Shown piece by piece: positions 1-12,100 of a DNA stretch of 64,000 bases. Each line of letters starts with the position of its first letter. Positions within the stretch are counted from its first letter, which is position 1. The position numbers were made by a program, and so were the translations under genes. The notes under the pieces are model-generated. The model had not been told where the DNA came from and did not search any database. It was given only the letters and a program-made list of their open reading frames with translations. The DNA comes from Macrostomum lignano (taxonomy: Eukaryota): assembly GCA_002269645.1 (NCBI GenBank), contig NIVC01001671.1:62001-126000 (forward strand), in the 5' to 3' direction.

Positions 1-435
1 CGCTCAATTTTTGTTGAACTTATTCGAATCACAATATTCATCGCGCGCCATAGAAGGTGCTCTGTGTACTTTTTGTCATACGTTGCTGCAAAGTAAAAAT
101 TGTTTAAAACGATTATTTAAAAATTACATATTTATTCTGTATATACCCTATCTGCACTATAAATACAACATATTCAATAAACTACATATTTTATCTCTTA
201 ATTAAAGCATTATGAAAATTTGTTGACTTTTCTGATTTTAGTTACATGTGTAATGTACATCGAAACCAACAAGTCAAGAGTTGATTGATGCATTACACCT
301 GCCCAATTGGGCCAAATGTGCAACCGACAGCTCAGCCGCAGCTATTGCACGGCGCATCTGAAGGCTGCGTACGGCTGTTCAGTCCAAGGACTGGGGGGGG
401 GGGGTTGCCACACACCCTTAATCACCCCAGCTAAT

Positions 436-575
436 GCTGGCACCCATTTTACAGATGGGTGAACTGAAGCCCATGCAGAGTTAAGTGTCTTGCTCAAGGA
501 CACAAATTGCATGTTCCAGTGAGATCGGGAATCAAGCCTCCGACTTTCAAGTCGTGCAAGTCCGACGCTCTAACC
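436..575 (+). mobile_element. CORE/MIR-like SINE fragment
   Basis: cccattttacagatgggtgaactgaagc...gttaagtgtcttgctcaaggacac...ctctaacc resembles, from recall, the MIR/CORE consensus cccattttacagatgaggaaactgagg...gttaagtaacttgcccaaggtcac; no head or TSD seen. Confidence 0.5.
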
Positions 576-1330
576 CCCTTTGAACAAATAAGGTTTTCAT
601 ATTATTGACATACATGTATATATATATCCGTATATTCATGCACATGTATGAAAACGGGGGTGCAAATTTCCAGTATGGATTTTATTGTGGGAGGCCGGGG
701 GCCAAAGCCGAGAATTCTACATGTACATAACCAATTATTTCCTATATTATTTTGGGAATCGCGGTGTTGATCATTTTGGCGCCGCAGACACTCATTTTGG
801 CTACAATGGTAAAACTGCAAAACTATTTAATTGACTGCATGCTGAGCAAAACTTAACGTTATAACAATTTTAATCATGCATAATTAATTGGCTTACGATT
901 TGGAAGCTTTTACCATAGACAACTTGCTGATTGAATATCAGGGGAAAATGATGAGGAAGAAGTCGGTGAATGCAGTGCATGCGAGGCAGAGCCAACCCTC
1001 AAGGCAACAGTGAAGTGTACATGCCAAACCATAATACAGTTAGGGCCGCTGTACACTCCTGTGTGAGTGTGTGCCTGTGCGTATGACTGCGTACGTATCC
1101 GCGCGCTTGTGCCTGCTCAGGGGAGTCGGCTGAATGGACAGCAGTGCCTCTCGCCGGTTGTGTGACAATGTGACAATAACAGGTGACAAAACTACATGGT
1201 AAAAAACTGCAATTTAAATTAAACTGTCTGCAAGGACTAAAAAAAGCTTGAAACTGGAGAGATAGAAGCAACAAAAAATTGCTTGTCCACATTAAACGGA
1301 TGTGGACAAGCCTTCACATTTTTCCGTTTG

Positions 1331-1336
1331 TTTATT
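1331..1336 (-). promoter_or_regulatory. Candidate polyadenylation signal of SLC6 copy A
   Basis: AATAAA on the minus strand ~210 nt after the stop; copy B has AATAAA at 16392-16397, ~217 nt after its stop. Confidence 0.35.
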
Positions 1337-1544
1337 TTTAGAGTTTTCAATGAAAATTTCACAAACCGATTTGGACGGCTGTGGCTTACGTAAAAATTCA
1401 TGTGTGGAACCCATCAAAGCCGGACAAAGCGCCTACCCGCGTGCTTGTCAAATGTTTTCAGTGGGGGAATATTACTGGGATTCAATGTTTATTTTTCAAA
1501 GTTGATTCTGCGGCTTCTTGCCGAAACGCATCTGAGCTCTGTTG

Positions 1545-4500
1545 TTACGTTTTGGTTTCCTTCGTGTTCGAGGGCTGGCTGAAATCGTCAACACCCGGCC
1601 GGTTTTCATGTCCTGTCACGGGATCTGTAGCTGGCCTGACAGTTAGTTAAATATAGTTTAGAAGATTGACGTGAATGTAAATTATGCACAGAAAATAACT
1701 AAAGAGGGTTTGCTGGTACATGTACATTTTAACATTCCTTGAATTTATATATCATTTTAATTTTGAAGTGGTTCCTTGCATTGGTGTGTATCTATAGATC
1801 TAACATACGCTTTCTTGAGGCCTATAAATCCAAACGTTGATCACGTGTTAGAATTTGTTAAAATGGTTGACCTTTGAATCACGCCGTTGATAGCATGAGA
1901 GAATTTCAAGTACATCCAAGCGTGTTACGTAGAAATCACGCGTATGTGGTGTCAATTAAATGTGTGCCGCACAGTGTAGGCTGGTGACCTTGAAATCACG
2001 CGTTGATCGCGTGTTAAAATTAGATTCAAGCGCTGTGACCTTGAAATCAAGCGTACGCCCTTGATGTTAATCGTGCTTGGAATAAATGTACACTGTGTAG
2101 GTTTGCAAACCTTGAGATCACGCGTTGATCGCGTGAATGTCAGAAAGCAATGTACGCTATCTTAAAACAAAAAAATCAATGCCCGTACAGCTTCAAAGGC
2201 TTTGTTTTACTTACGTGTTCATCTGATTCAGCTTTTCTCGATACTTGTCGCTTTCCAGCCAGAAGGCCTCCACAGGCGGGCCCCAGTCGGGCGTCTCCTT
2301 GAGAGCGGCCGTCAGTCCACCCCGACGCCAGACCTCGCAGATTCCGCAGCAGGGGATGAAGAGCACAGAGCCAACCATCATCAGCCAGCACATCGCTTCG
2401 CCCCAAATGGTGAACGGCTCCGAGTTGTAGCTTGGCGATTGGTACTTGACCAGCGAGAAGATCGCAATGAACTGCGGGTTGGTTAACATCGATTTTGAGA
2501 TGCGCTACCGTAAAAATCTTATGTAGACAACTATAGTAAGCCAGAGACAGAAAAGTATGAAGCTACATGTACTCTTTAATTTATCCGGTGCGCGAGAAGA
2601 CTGCTTCTAACGTGTGCGCACGCGATTGATGAGGTCCTTAGTTAAGCTGACTAAGGCTACATTTGAATTTTTGCTTATTGCATGTTCCGACATACGAGCG
2701 TACATGTTCAATCATCATAACTGGGTCGTGACATACCTGCGGAAGTTGCCAAAAAGTTACAGCCTTAAAACTACTTTCACTCAGGCTTCTTGAACGTAAG
2801 ATTAGTCACGTGTCAACAGCTTTCAACTATAACGACAGCAACTTCAAGTGACCTTGAAATGATTTTGAATCCACCCCACGTCTGCTTTCAACTCTAGTTT
2901 GAGGAAATCTTACCAAAATGAGAGCCGGAGTGATCCCAAGCCAACAGGCGATCCAGTAAGGCCCCGGACGGAATCCCAGCATCATCTGAATGTCGTTCAG
3001 AAAGTTTTTAATCCCGTACAGGTATGAGATTCCGAGCATCTCTACGATAGCCACGACGAACAGGTTATAGTAAGCGCAGTAGTCGTTAAGCATTGAGAAA
3101 TAGTAAATTCCTCCTGGACAGCACATTGGAATGCCAAGCAGAAACATGACAAGGCACACGACTGACTTGAATATTGCCTGCTTAGTGAAGTTCTCCTGCA
3201 ACCAGGGCCACTCGTCCATGCAAGTCGTGAGCACATTCTCAACGAAAGCAAATTGCGAATCGACGCCCAGCGTTATGATCATGATGAAGAACAGCACGCT
3301 CCAGAGCGGAGCGACGGGCATGGCGGCGAGGCCCTCGGGATAGGCGACGAACGCCAAACCCGGACCGCTCTTGGTCACCTCGGCCACCGGCAGGCCGGTC
3401 TTGTGCGCCATGAAACCGATCACCGAGAAGATGGCGAAACCGGCGAATATTGACGTGCCGCTGTTGATGCCCGCTACGATGAGGACATCTCTGCAGTGAC
3501 GATCGTTGGGTTTGTTGAGGATGAAAAGTTATGCTCATTCAAGGTGTACAGAGACTCTGAGTTTCTCATTGACAGGCATGTAAGCACTCGGTTTCTCGAG
3601 AGTCACATGACGTAACATGAGGTCAATTTTGTGCGCAAGGGCACTCCGCCCCCCCCCAGTTTTAGAACTGCATCCATCACTGGTGGCGAGATTACGTAGC
3701 AATAAACGTTACTTTATTGATCGATAAAAGAAGCAGACTCATTGAGCTAAGCGACTCACTTGTAGCAATTGTTCCGAAACTTGTTATAACTGGACATGGT
3801 CGTCAGGCAGCCGAAGGCGACGCCAAGCGAGTAGAAAATCTGCACCGCCGCCGCAGACCAGATCTTGAAAACAAATTTCCAGGAATTGCGGCTTCTAAAT
3901 AAACACTTAACACCTGCTGTTTAGCAAAGCCAAAACAGATTACCTCAGATGTAAGAAGCAAGCTGAAATCGGGTTTCAAGTAAAAAAGGATGCCGTCCTT
4001 GGCGCCCTCCAGCGTGACGCCGCGGATGAGGAGAATCACCAGCACGAGATAGGGAAATGTGGCGGTGAAGTACACCACCTGGGGAGGTGAAGGCAGCGTC
4101 CGTTCATCCGTCAGATACATCTGGCATTATCAATACCAAATGTCATCTGTAATGTCACCTTTTTAGACACGTGTTTTCAAACACGTCTAGCTGTCAGACG
4201 CGTTTATTTACATGTCAGAGTCGCGACCTCACAGACCTGTAAACACAATATCAGGTGCATCACAAACACACAAACCTTGACCTGACTACTTTAAACACAA
4301 TTTCAGATGCATTGCTAAAGTACAAACCTTGACCTGACCACTGTAAACACAATTTCAGATGCATTTCTAAAGTACAAACCTTGACCTGACCACTGTAAAC
4401 ACAATTTCAGATAGATTGCTAAAGTACAAACCTAGACCTGACCACTGTAAACAAAAATTCAGATAGATTGCTAAAGTACAAACCTTGACCTGACCACTGT

Positions 4501-7500
4501 AAACACAATTTCAGATGCATCTCAAAAGCACAAACCTTCCCAGAAGTCTTGACTCCCTTGAGCAGGCACGCGTAGATGATGATCCAGGCCAACAGCAGGC
4601 ACAAGGTCACGTGCCATTGCGGCGGTCCGATGGGGTCGGACATTTTCTTGATTGCTCCGTTTAAACTGGTGTAGCCCAGCATCACTCGTCTGCGCAAAGT
4701 TAAAAAGTTGAAAGGTTAAACATCAAGTTTCAGGAATGTCAGACAAGAAATTAAAACAAAAATACTGAATCAGTTTAATTGCACCTTCACTTACTCAAAG
4801 TACTGCTCGCTCGGAGTTTGATATTGAGTACAGTTGGTCTTTAAATCCTGGGAGCAGGCCTCCGGATTAGCTGTTATGGTTTAATCAAGAGTTTGGCTTA
4901 GTTTAGCTTGGAAAAGTTATTTAGAAGCACTGAACCGTAGTTTGTGAGTAGCATCAGCTGCATATTGCCTTGGAAAGTAATTTTTCGTTGAAAATGGCGT
5001 CATTATCTTTAATGTTCATACCTGAGTCGTTTCGCTAGGAAATTCTAAGGACGCCTCAAGATTGATCTTGGCGCTACCTTGATCTGATCTTGGTGCTACC
5101 CTCACCTGATCTTGGCGCTACCTTGATCTGATCTTGGCGCTAGCCTCACCCTGATCTCGGCGCTACCCTCACCTGATCTTGGCGCTAGCCTCACCTGATC
5201 TTGGCGCTAGCCTCACCCTGATCTTGGCGCTACCCTCACCTGATCTTGGCGCTAGCCTCACCTGATCTTGGCGCTACCCTGACCTGATCTTGGCGCTAGC
5301 CTCACCTGATCTCGGCGCTAGCCTCACCTGATCTTGGCGCTAGCCTCAACTGGTCTTGGCGCTAGCCTCACCTGATCTTTGCGCTAGCCTCATCTGATCT
5401 CGGCGCTACCCTCACCTGATCTCGGCGCTACCCTCACCTGATCTCGGCGCTACCCTCACCTGATCTCGGCGCTACCCTCACCTGATCTCGGCGCTACCCT
5501 CACCTGATCTCGGCGCTACCCTCAATTGATCTCGGCGCTACCCTCAATTGATCTCGGCGCTACCCTCACCAGATCTTGGCGCTACCCTCACCTGATCTTG
5601 GCGCTAGCCTGACCTGATCTTGGCGCTACCCTGACCTTATCTTGGCGCTACTTTGACCTGATCTAGGCGCTACCCTCACCTGATCTTGGCGCTACTTTGA
5701 CCTGAACTTGGCGCTACCTTGATCTGATCTTGGCGCTAGTCTGACATCCCAAATATCCAAAATCCAAGACGCTTACGATTGAAACCGGCTCTGAGATTCC
5801 CGGGCACATTGTGAGTGGCGTTGGTGGTGCTGACGCTGAGGTCCCGGCAGTGAAAATCGTTCCAATAGTTGTTGCAATCCGCCCAGGGCACCTTGGAGTT
5901 GAATGAGGCGAACAGGTAGAACAGGGCCCAGGCTATGATCACGTTGTAGTAGATGGAGACCAGCGCTGAGATGCTGACCATCGCCCAGCCCGTACCTGCG
6001 GGGTGGCGGTTGTTGAGCAGTGAAAATGAGTTTGGCTGAGAAATTGACTGAGCTTCGGGATTCTTGGACAGCCGGAGAAGCACTTCGGTTCGCAACTTCC
6101 GGAGCAGGGACTTCAGGACTTCAGGATAGTTGGAACTTCAGGAACAGGAGTGACCCAGATGAATAACCTCAGACTCAGTCAAACAGAACTTCAGGAACAG
6201 GTGTGACCCAGGTGAATAACCTCAGCCTCAGTCCAACAGAACTTCAGGAACCGGTGGGACCCAGGTGAATAACCTCAGCCTCAGTCCAACAGAACTTCAG
6301 GAACAGGTGTGACCCAGGTGAATAACCTCAGCCTCAGTCCAACAGAACTTCAGGAACAGGTGTGACCCAGGTGAATAACCTCAGCCTCAGTCCAACAGAA
6401 CTTCAGGAACAGGTGTGACCCAGGTGAATAACCTCAGCCGCAGTCCAACAGAACTTCAGGAACAGGTGTAACCCAGGTGAATAACCTCAGCCACAGTCAA
6501 ACAGAACTTCAGGAACAGGTGTGACCCAGGTGAATAACCTCAGCCACAGTCAAACAGAACTTCAGGAACAGGTTTGACCCAGGTGAATAACCTCAGCCTC
6601 AGTCCAAAAGAACTTCAGGAACAGGTGTAACCCAGGTGAATAACCTCAGCCTCAGTCCAACTGAACTTCAGGAACAGGTGGGACCCAGGTGAATAACCTC
6701 AGCCTCAGTCAAACAGAACTTCAGGAACAGGTGTGACTCAGGTGAATAACCTCAGACGCAGTCCAACAGATACCTTTCAGCAGCGGGCACGCCTTCCAGA
6801 TGGTGACGGGGCCCAGGTTGCCGAACTGACCAAACGCCACCTCCATGTAGAACAGCGGCAGGGCGGCGACACCCAGCATGATCAGGTAGGGGATCAGAAA
6901 GGCACCTCCGCCGTTCTTATAGCACAGGTAGGGGAAGCGCCACACGTTGCCGAGGCCCACGGCGTAGCCGATGCAGGACAGCAGGAAGTCGAACTGGCCG
7001 GTCCAGTTTCCGCGAGCCTCGTTCTCGTCAGCTGCCTCGCCTTCGCCCGCCTGCGGGGCCTCCGCGCTGTTGGATGCGTTCTGCCGGGTGGGGATAGTGT
7101 GGGGAGTGACTTGTAGAGTGACTTGAGGAGTGACATGTAGAGTGACTTGTGGGTGACTTGTAGAGTGAATTGTAGAGTGACTTGTGGAGTGACTTGTAGA
7201 GTGACTTGTGGGTGACTTGTAGAGAGACTTGTGGAGTGACTTGTGGAGTGACTTTTGGAGTGACTTTTGACTTGTGGAGTGACTTGTGGAGTGAATTTTG
7301 ACTTGTGGAGTGACTTGTAGAGTGACTTGTGGAGTGACTTGTGGAGTGACTTGTGGAGTGACTTGTGGAGTGACTTGTGGAGTGACTTGTGGAGTGACTT
7401 TTGGAGTGACTTTTGACTTGTGGAGTGACTTGTGGAGTGACTTGTTGGGTGACTTGTGGAGTGACTTGTGGAGTGACTTTTGGAGTGACTTTTGACTTGT

Positions 7501-7910
7501 GGAGTGACTTGTGGAGTGACTTTTGGAGTGACTTTTGACTTGTGGAGTGACTTGTGGAGTGAATTTTGACTTGTGGAGTGACTTGTAGAGTGACTTGTGG
7601 AGTGACTTGTGGAGTGAATTTTGACTTGTGGAGTGACTTTTGAAGTGATTTGTGGGTGACTTGTGGAGGGAAACCTGTGGAATAAGTGACACTTTTACTC
7701 GTAGATAACAGTGACTGTCTCTAGAGTGACAGTTGTAAAGTACAGTTGTAAAGTATCCGCTGTATTGATTGACCGATTTGGAGTGACCGTTATTAAAGAG
7801 TGACAACTGTTTCGCAAAAACCATAGGTGTGGTAAATTTACTGACCGTCTCTCACACTTGGTGAAGTGACAGGTAAATCATGTGCTATAGTATAAGTGGT
7901 GACTCACCAT
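1545..7910 (-). CDS. SLC6 sodium:neurotransmitter symporter, amino-acid (proline/glycine-like) type, copy A, ~640 aa
   Basis: Exons with GT-AG and compatible phases: 7908-7910 (ATG only), 6774-7080, 5777-5995, 4795-4870, 4536-4689, 3944-4078, 3760-3863, 2914-3490, 2215-2471, 1545-1635; total 1923 nt. Motifs [67 protein letters not shown]1 has G, not the monoamine-transporter D. First and last exons are inferred from homology with copy B. Confidence 0.93.
4240..4535. repeat. 52-bp minisatellite, SLC6-A intron 5 (~5-6 copies)
   Basis: Unit aaacacaatttcagatgcattgctaaagtacaaaccttgacctgaccactgt. Confidence 0.9.
5060..5735. repeat. 22-bp minisatellite, SLC6-A intron 3 (~30 copies)
   Basis: Unit ccctcacctgatct(t/c)ggcgcta. 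Confidence 0.9.
6130..6770. repeat. 53-bp minisatellite, SLC6-A intron 2 (~12 copies)
   Basis: Unit aacttcaggaacaggtgtgacccaggtgaataacctcagcctcagtccaacag. Confidence 0.9.
7105..7700. repeat. 12-bp satellite (gtgacttgtgga)n, SLC6-A intron 1
   Basis: Tandem gtgacttgtgga with degenerate edge; source of the QVTP/KSLH ORF artefacts. Confidence 0.92.
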
Positions 7911-7969
7911 ATGCATTTGGACTTGACAATGAGTTCTGAAACCTTGCACGCAGCCGAAGACCCCCGTAA

Positions 7970-9092
7970 CAGAATCTGCAACTTGCTTCTTCTTTATTTT
8001 GTTAAAGAAAACATAGAACACAAACAACTTATTAAATGCGGATTTTTTAACTTAAATTTTCAGAATCTGAAAAACAGAATTGAACGAGATGTTTTAACCG
8101 AGTTCATATTTGTACTTTTGAAAAACAAAATAAATAAATAAATTAGAGCAAAATTTAAAAGAAGTTTCGCCCTAGACATTTAGCAGCAAACCAGTTTAAA
8201 TATCGTTCATAATTTTATATCATATCATTCGGAAGATATGGAATACAGATAGCTTTAGCCACCGAGTTTTGTCAATGACTGCAAGAGCCAGCATATCTCA
8301 AGAAGATTAGTTTTAATGAATCTGTCAAATGCTTTCGCCAGGGCTAACTTGAACCTTAACGACACTCTGAGCCATTAAAAAGACCAGCTGGGCCACAGAA
8401 TAAATAAATAAGAAAAATGCTAAACTAGCCGACTAAGAGTAAGTGAGAAGGAGATGAAAACTCGCTTGTTAATGTAAAATTTAGTTTACTTGCATAAACT
8501 ATTGAGTAAAGTAGACTAATAAATATTTTAATGGCAAAACCTCTATTAAAGATAATTAAGGTCAGGTGTAGACGGAAAGTGTTGTGGAGAAACGATGTGG
8601 GGCTATGGCTGACCGACACAGACCCGGTCTTGGTCTGCTTGCGTGAAGTCAACCAAATTTCCGACGCATAAATATGTAAATTCGGTAACAAACATTCATA
8701 ATTTATGATCTTTTTTAATAGAATCGTCAAGGTGAAATAATTATTAAGAATGCACAGAATGCAAATTGAAAGCAATGTATGAAAAGGTATAAATATAAAG
8801 AAGTCAACACTCGAAGATAATTCGAATTTTTCATTCCATTAGCCGATGTACGAATAGTCTATGGTAAAACCCGGCATTCAGAGTGTATCTTAATTTTTAG
8901 TTCTGTTGCTCTTTGATTTTCTTTTGCAAAAGTGCAACTGAGTATAACAAAAAATTTATAAAAAATTTCCACTCTGCTTGAGATCCGGAAATTTCCGGTT
9001 CAGAAAAAGAGCCGCTCAAAAACTGGTTCAAAAATGATTTAAGAAAAAATTGATTTCAGTTTTTGTTAAAATGGAACGAGTCGCACAGACTT
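7970..9092. promoter_or_regulatory. Unique AT-rich spacer of the SLC6 palindrome; probable shared bidirectional promoter region
   Basis: Lies between the two divergent ATG exons and is not mirrored; promoter role is inferred from position. Confidence 0.5.
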
Positions 9093-9148
9093 TTACGGGT
9101 CTGTTGAGCTGCGGGCAACGTTTCAGAACTCAGCAGATCGACATTCAG

Positions 9149-12100
9149 ATGGTGAGTTCCCATTTGACCTTGAAAAGTCTTTCCTTCCTAATTCGATACA
9201 TTCACTCCAGACACTGATACGGTGCCTGCAACTTGCTGATCTATAAAAAAATCTTTCAAAATAGGTTTACTATATTAACGAAATGGTCAGTCTCATTTAG
9301 CATTATCCCTCTAAGGAAGTGGCACTTGAAAAACGGTCACTCTCATCTTTCAGTCACTCTATCTGCCGCTTTCACACTACAAGTCACTCCACAAGTCACT
9401 AAAAAAGTCACTCTACAAGTCACTCCACATGTCACTCTAAAAGTCACTTCACAATTCACTCCACATGTCACTCGACAAGTTTACAGCCCAAGTCACTCTA
9501 CAAGTCACTCCCCAGTTCACTCCACAAGTCTCTCCGCAATTCACTCCAAAAGTTACTCCACAAGTCACTTCACATGTCACTCAGCATGTCACTCTGAAAA
9601 TCAATCCACAAGTCACTGCACAAGTCACTCTACAAGTCACTCCACAAGTCATTCCACAAGTCACTCCCCAAGTCACTCCACAAGTCACTCCACAAGTCAC
9701 TCAACAATTCACTCCACAAGTCACTCCACAAGTCACTCTACAATTCACTCCACAAGTCATTCCACAAGTCACTCTACAAGTCACCCACAAGTCACTCCAC
9801 AAGTCACTCTACAAGTCACTCCACAAGTCACTCACAAGTCACTCCACAAGTCATTTCACAAGTCACTCCACAAGTCACTCTGCAATTCACTCCACAAGTC
9901 ACTCTACAATTCACTCCACAAGTCACTCCACAAAGTCACTCTACAAGTCACCCACAAGTAACTCCACAAGTCACTCTACAAGTCACTCCACAAGTCACTC
10001 CACAAGTCAAAAGTCACTCAACAAGTCACTCCACAAGTTAAAAGTCACTCCACAAGTCACTCCACAAGTCACTCCACAAGTCACTCCACAAGTCACTCCA
10101 CAAGTCACTCCACAAGTCACTCCACAAGTCACTCCACAAGTCACTCCACAAGTCACTCCACAAGTTAAAAGTCACTCAACAAGTCACTCCACAAGTTAAA
10201 AGTCACTCCTCAAGTCACTCTAAAAGTCACTCCTCAAGTCACTCTAAAAGTCACTCCCCACAATATCCCCACCCGCCAGAACGCATCCAACAGCGCGGAG
10301 GCCCCGCAGGCGGGCGAAGGCGAGGCATCTGACGAGAACGAGGCTCGCGGAAACTGGACCGGCCAGTTCGACTTCCTGCTGTCCTGCATCGGCTACGCCG
10401 TGGGCCTCGGCAACGTGTGGCGCTTCCCCTACCTGTGCTATAAGAACGGCGGAGGTGCCTTCCTGATCCCCTACCTGATCATGCTGGGTGTCGCCGCCCT
10501 GCCGCTGTTCTACATGGAGGTGGCGTTTGGTCAGTTCGGCAACCTGGGCCCCGTCACCATCTGGAAGGCGTGCCCGCTGCTGAAAGGTATCTGTTGGACT
10601 GAGGCTGAGGTTATTCACCTGGGTTACACCTGTTCCTGAAGTTCTTTTGGACTGAGGCTGAGGTTATTCACCTGGGTCACACCTGTTCCTGAAGTTCTTT
10701 TGGACTGAGGCTGAGGTTATTCACCTGGGTCACACCTGTTCCTGAAGTTCTGTTGGACTGAGGCTGAGGTTATTCACATGGGTCACACCTGTTCCTGAAG
10801 TTCTGTTGGACTGAGGCTGAGGTTATTCACCTGGGTCACACCTGTTCCTGAAGTTCTGTTGGACTGAGGCTGAGGTTATTCACCTGGGTCACACCTGTTC
10901 CTGAAGTTCTGTTTGACTGAGGCTGAGGTTATTCACCTGGGTCACACCTGTTCCTGAAGTTCTGTTGGACTGAGGCTGAGGTTATTCACCTGGGTCACAC
11001 CTGTTCCTGAAGTTCTGTTGGACTGCGGCTGAGGTTATTCACCTGGGTCACACCTGTTCCTGAAGTTCTGTTGGACTGAGGCTGAGGTTATTCACCTGGG
11101 TCACACCTGTTCCTGAAGTTCTGTTGGACTGCGGCTGAGGTTATTCACCTGGGTCACACCTGTTCCTGAAGTTCTGTTGGACTGAGGCTGAGGTTATTCA
11201 CCTGGGTCACACCTGTTCCTGAAGCTCCAACTACCCAGTTCCTGAAGCTCCAACTACCCTTTTCCTGAAGCTCCAACTACCCTGTTTCTGAAGCTCTAAC
11301 TACCCTGTTCCTGAAGCTCCAACTACCCTGTTCCCGTAGCGCCAACTACCCTGTTCCTGAAGCTCCAACTACCCTGTTCCTGAAGCTCTAACTATCTGTT
11401 CCTGAAGTTGCAACTATCCAGCTATCCAGCTATCAGCAGAAGTCCCTGCTCCGGAAGTTGCGAACCGAAGTGCTTCTCCGGCTGTCCAAGAATCCCGAAG
11501 CCTCAGTCAATTTCTCAGCTAAACTCAGTTTCACTGCTCAACAACCGCCACCCCGCAGGTACGGGCTGGGCGATGGTCAGCATCTCAGCGCTGGTCTCCA
11601 TCTACTACAACGTGATCATAGCCTGGGCCCTGTTCTACCTGTTCGCCTCATTCAACTCCAAGGTGCCCTGGGCGGATTGCAACAACTATTGGAACGATTT
11701 TCACTGCCGGGACCTCAGCGTCAACACCACCAACGCCACTCACAATGTGCCCGGGAATCTCAGAGCCGGTTTCAATCGTAAGCGTCTTGGATTTTGGATA
11801 TTTGGGATGTCAGACTAGCGCCAAGATCAGATCAAGGTAGCGCCAAGAACAGGTGAGGCTAGCGCCAAGATCAGGTGAGGGTAGCGCCAAGATCAGGTGA
11901 GGGTAGCGCCGAGATCAGGTGAGGCTAGCGCCAAGATCAGGTGAGGCTAGCGGCAAGATCAGGTGAGGGTAGCGCCAAGATCAGGTGAGGCTAGCGGCAA
12001 GATTAGGTGAGGGTGGCGCCAAGATCAGGTCAGGGTAGCGCCGAGATCAGGTGAGGCTAGCGCCAAGATTAGGTCAGACTAGCGCCAAGATCAGATCAAG

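Noticed and set aside
946-1170. Cys-rich stretch (ECSAC..KCTC) as an exon or transposase remnant
   Set aside because: Short, interrupted by stops, with no convincing splice sites or recognisable motif
3494-3682. MITE with cagtga ends in SLC6-A intron 7
   Set aside because: Only ~6-8 bp of terminal match and no TSD
6721-10199. Long QVTP/KSLH ORFs as protein N-termini
   Set aside because: They are translations of the 12-bp intron-1 satellite; real acceptors lie at 7080 and 10280
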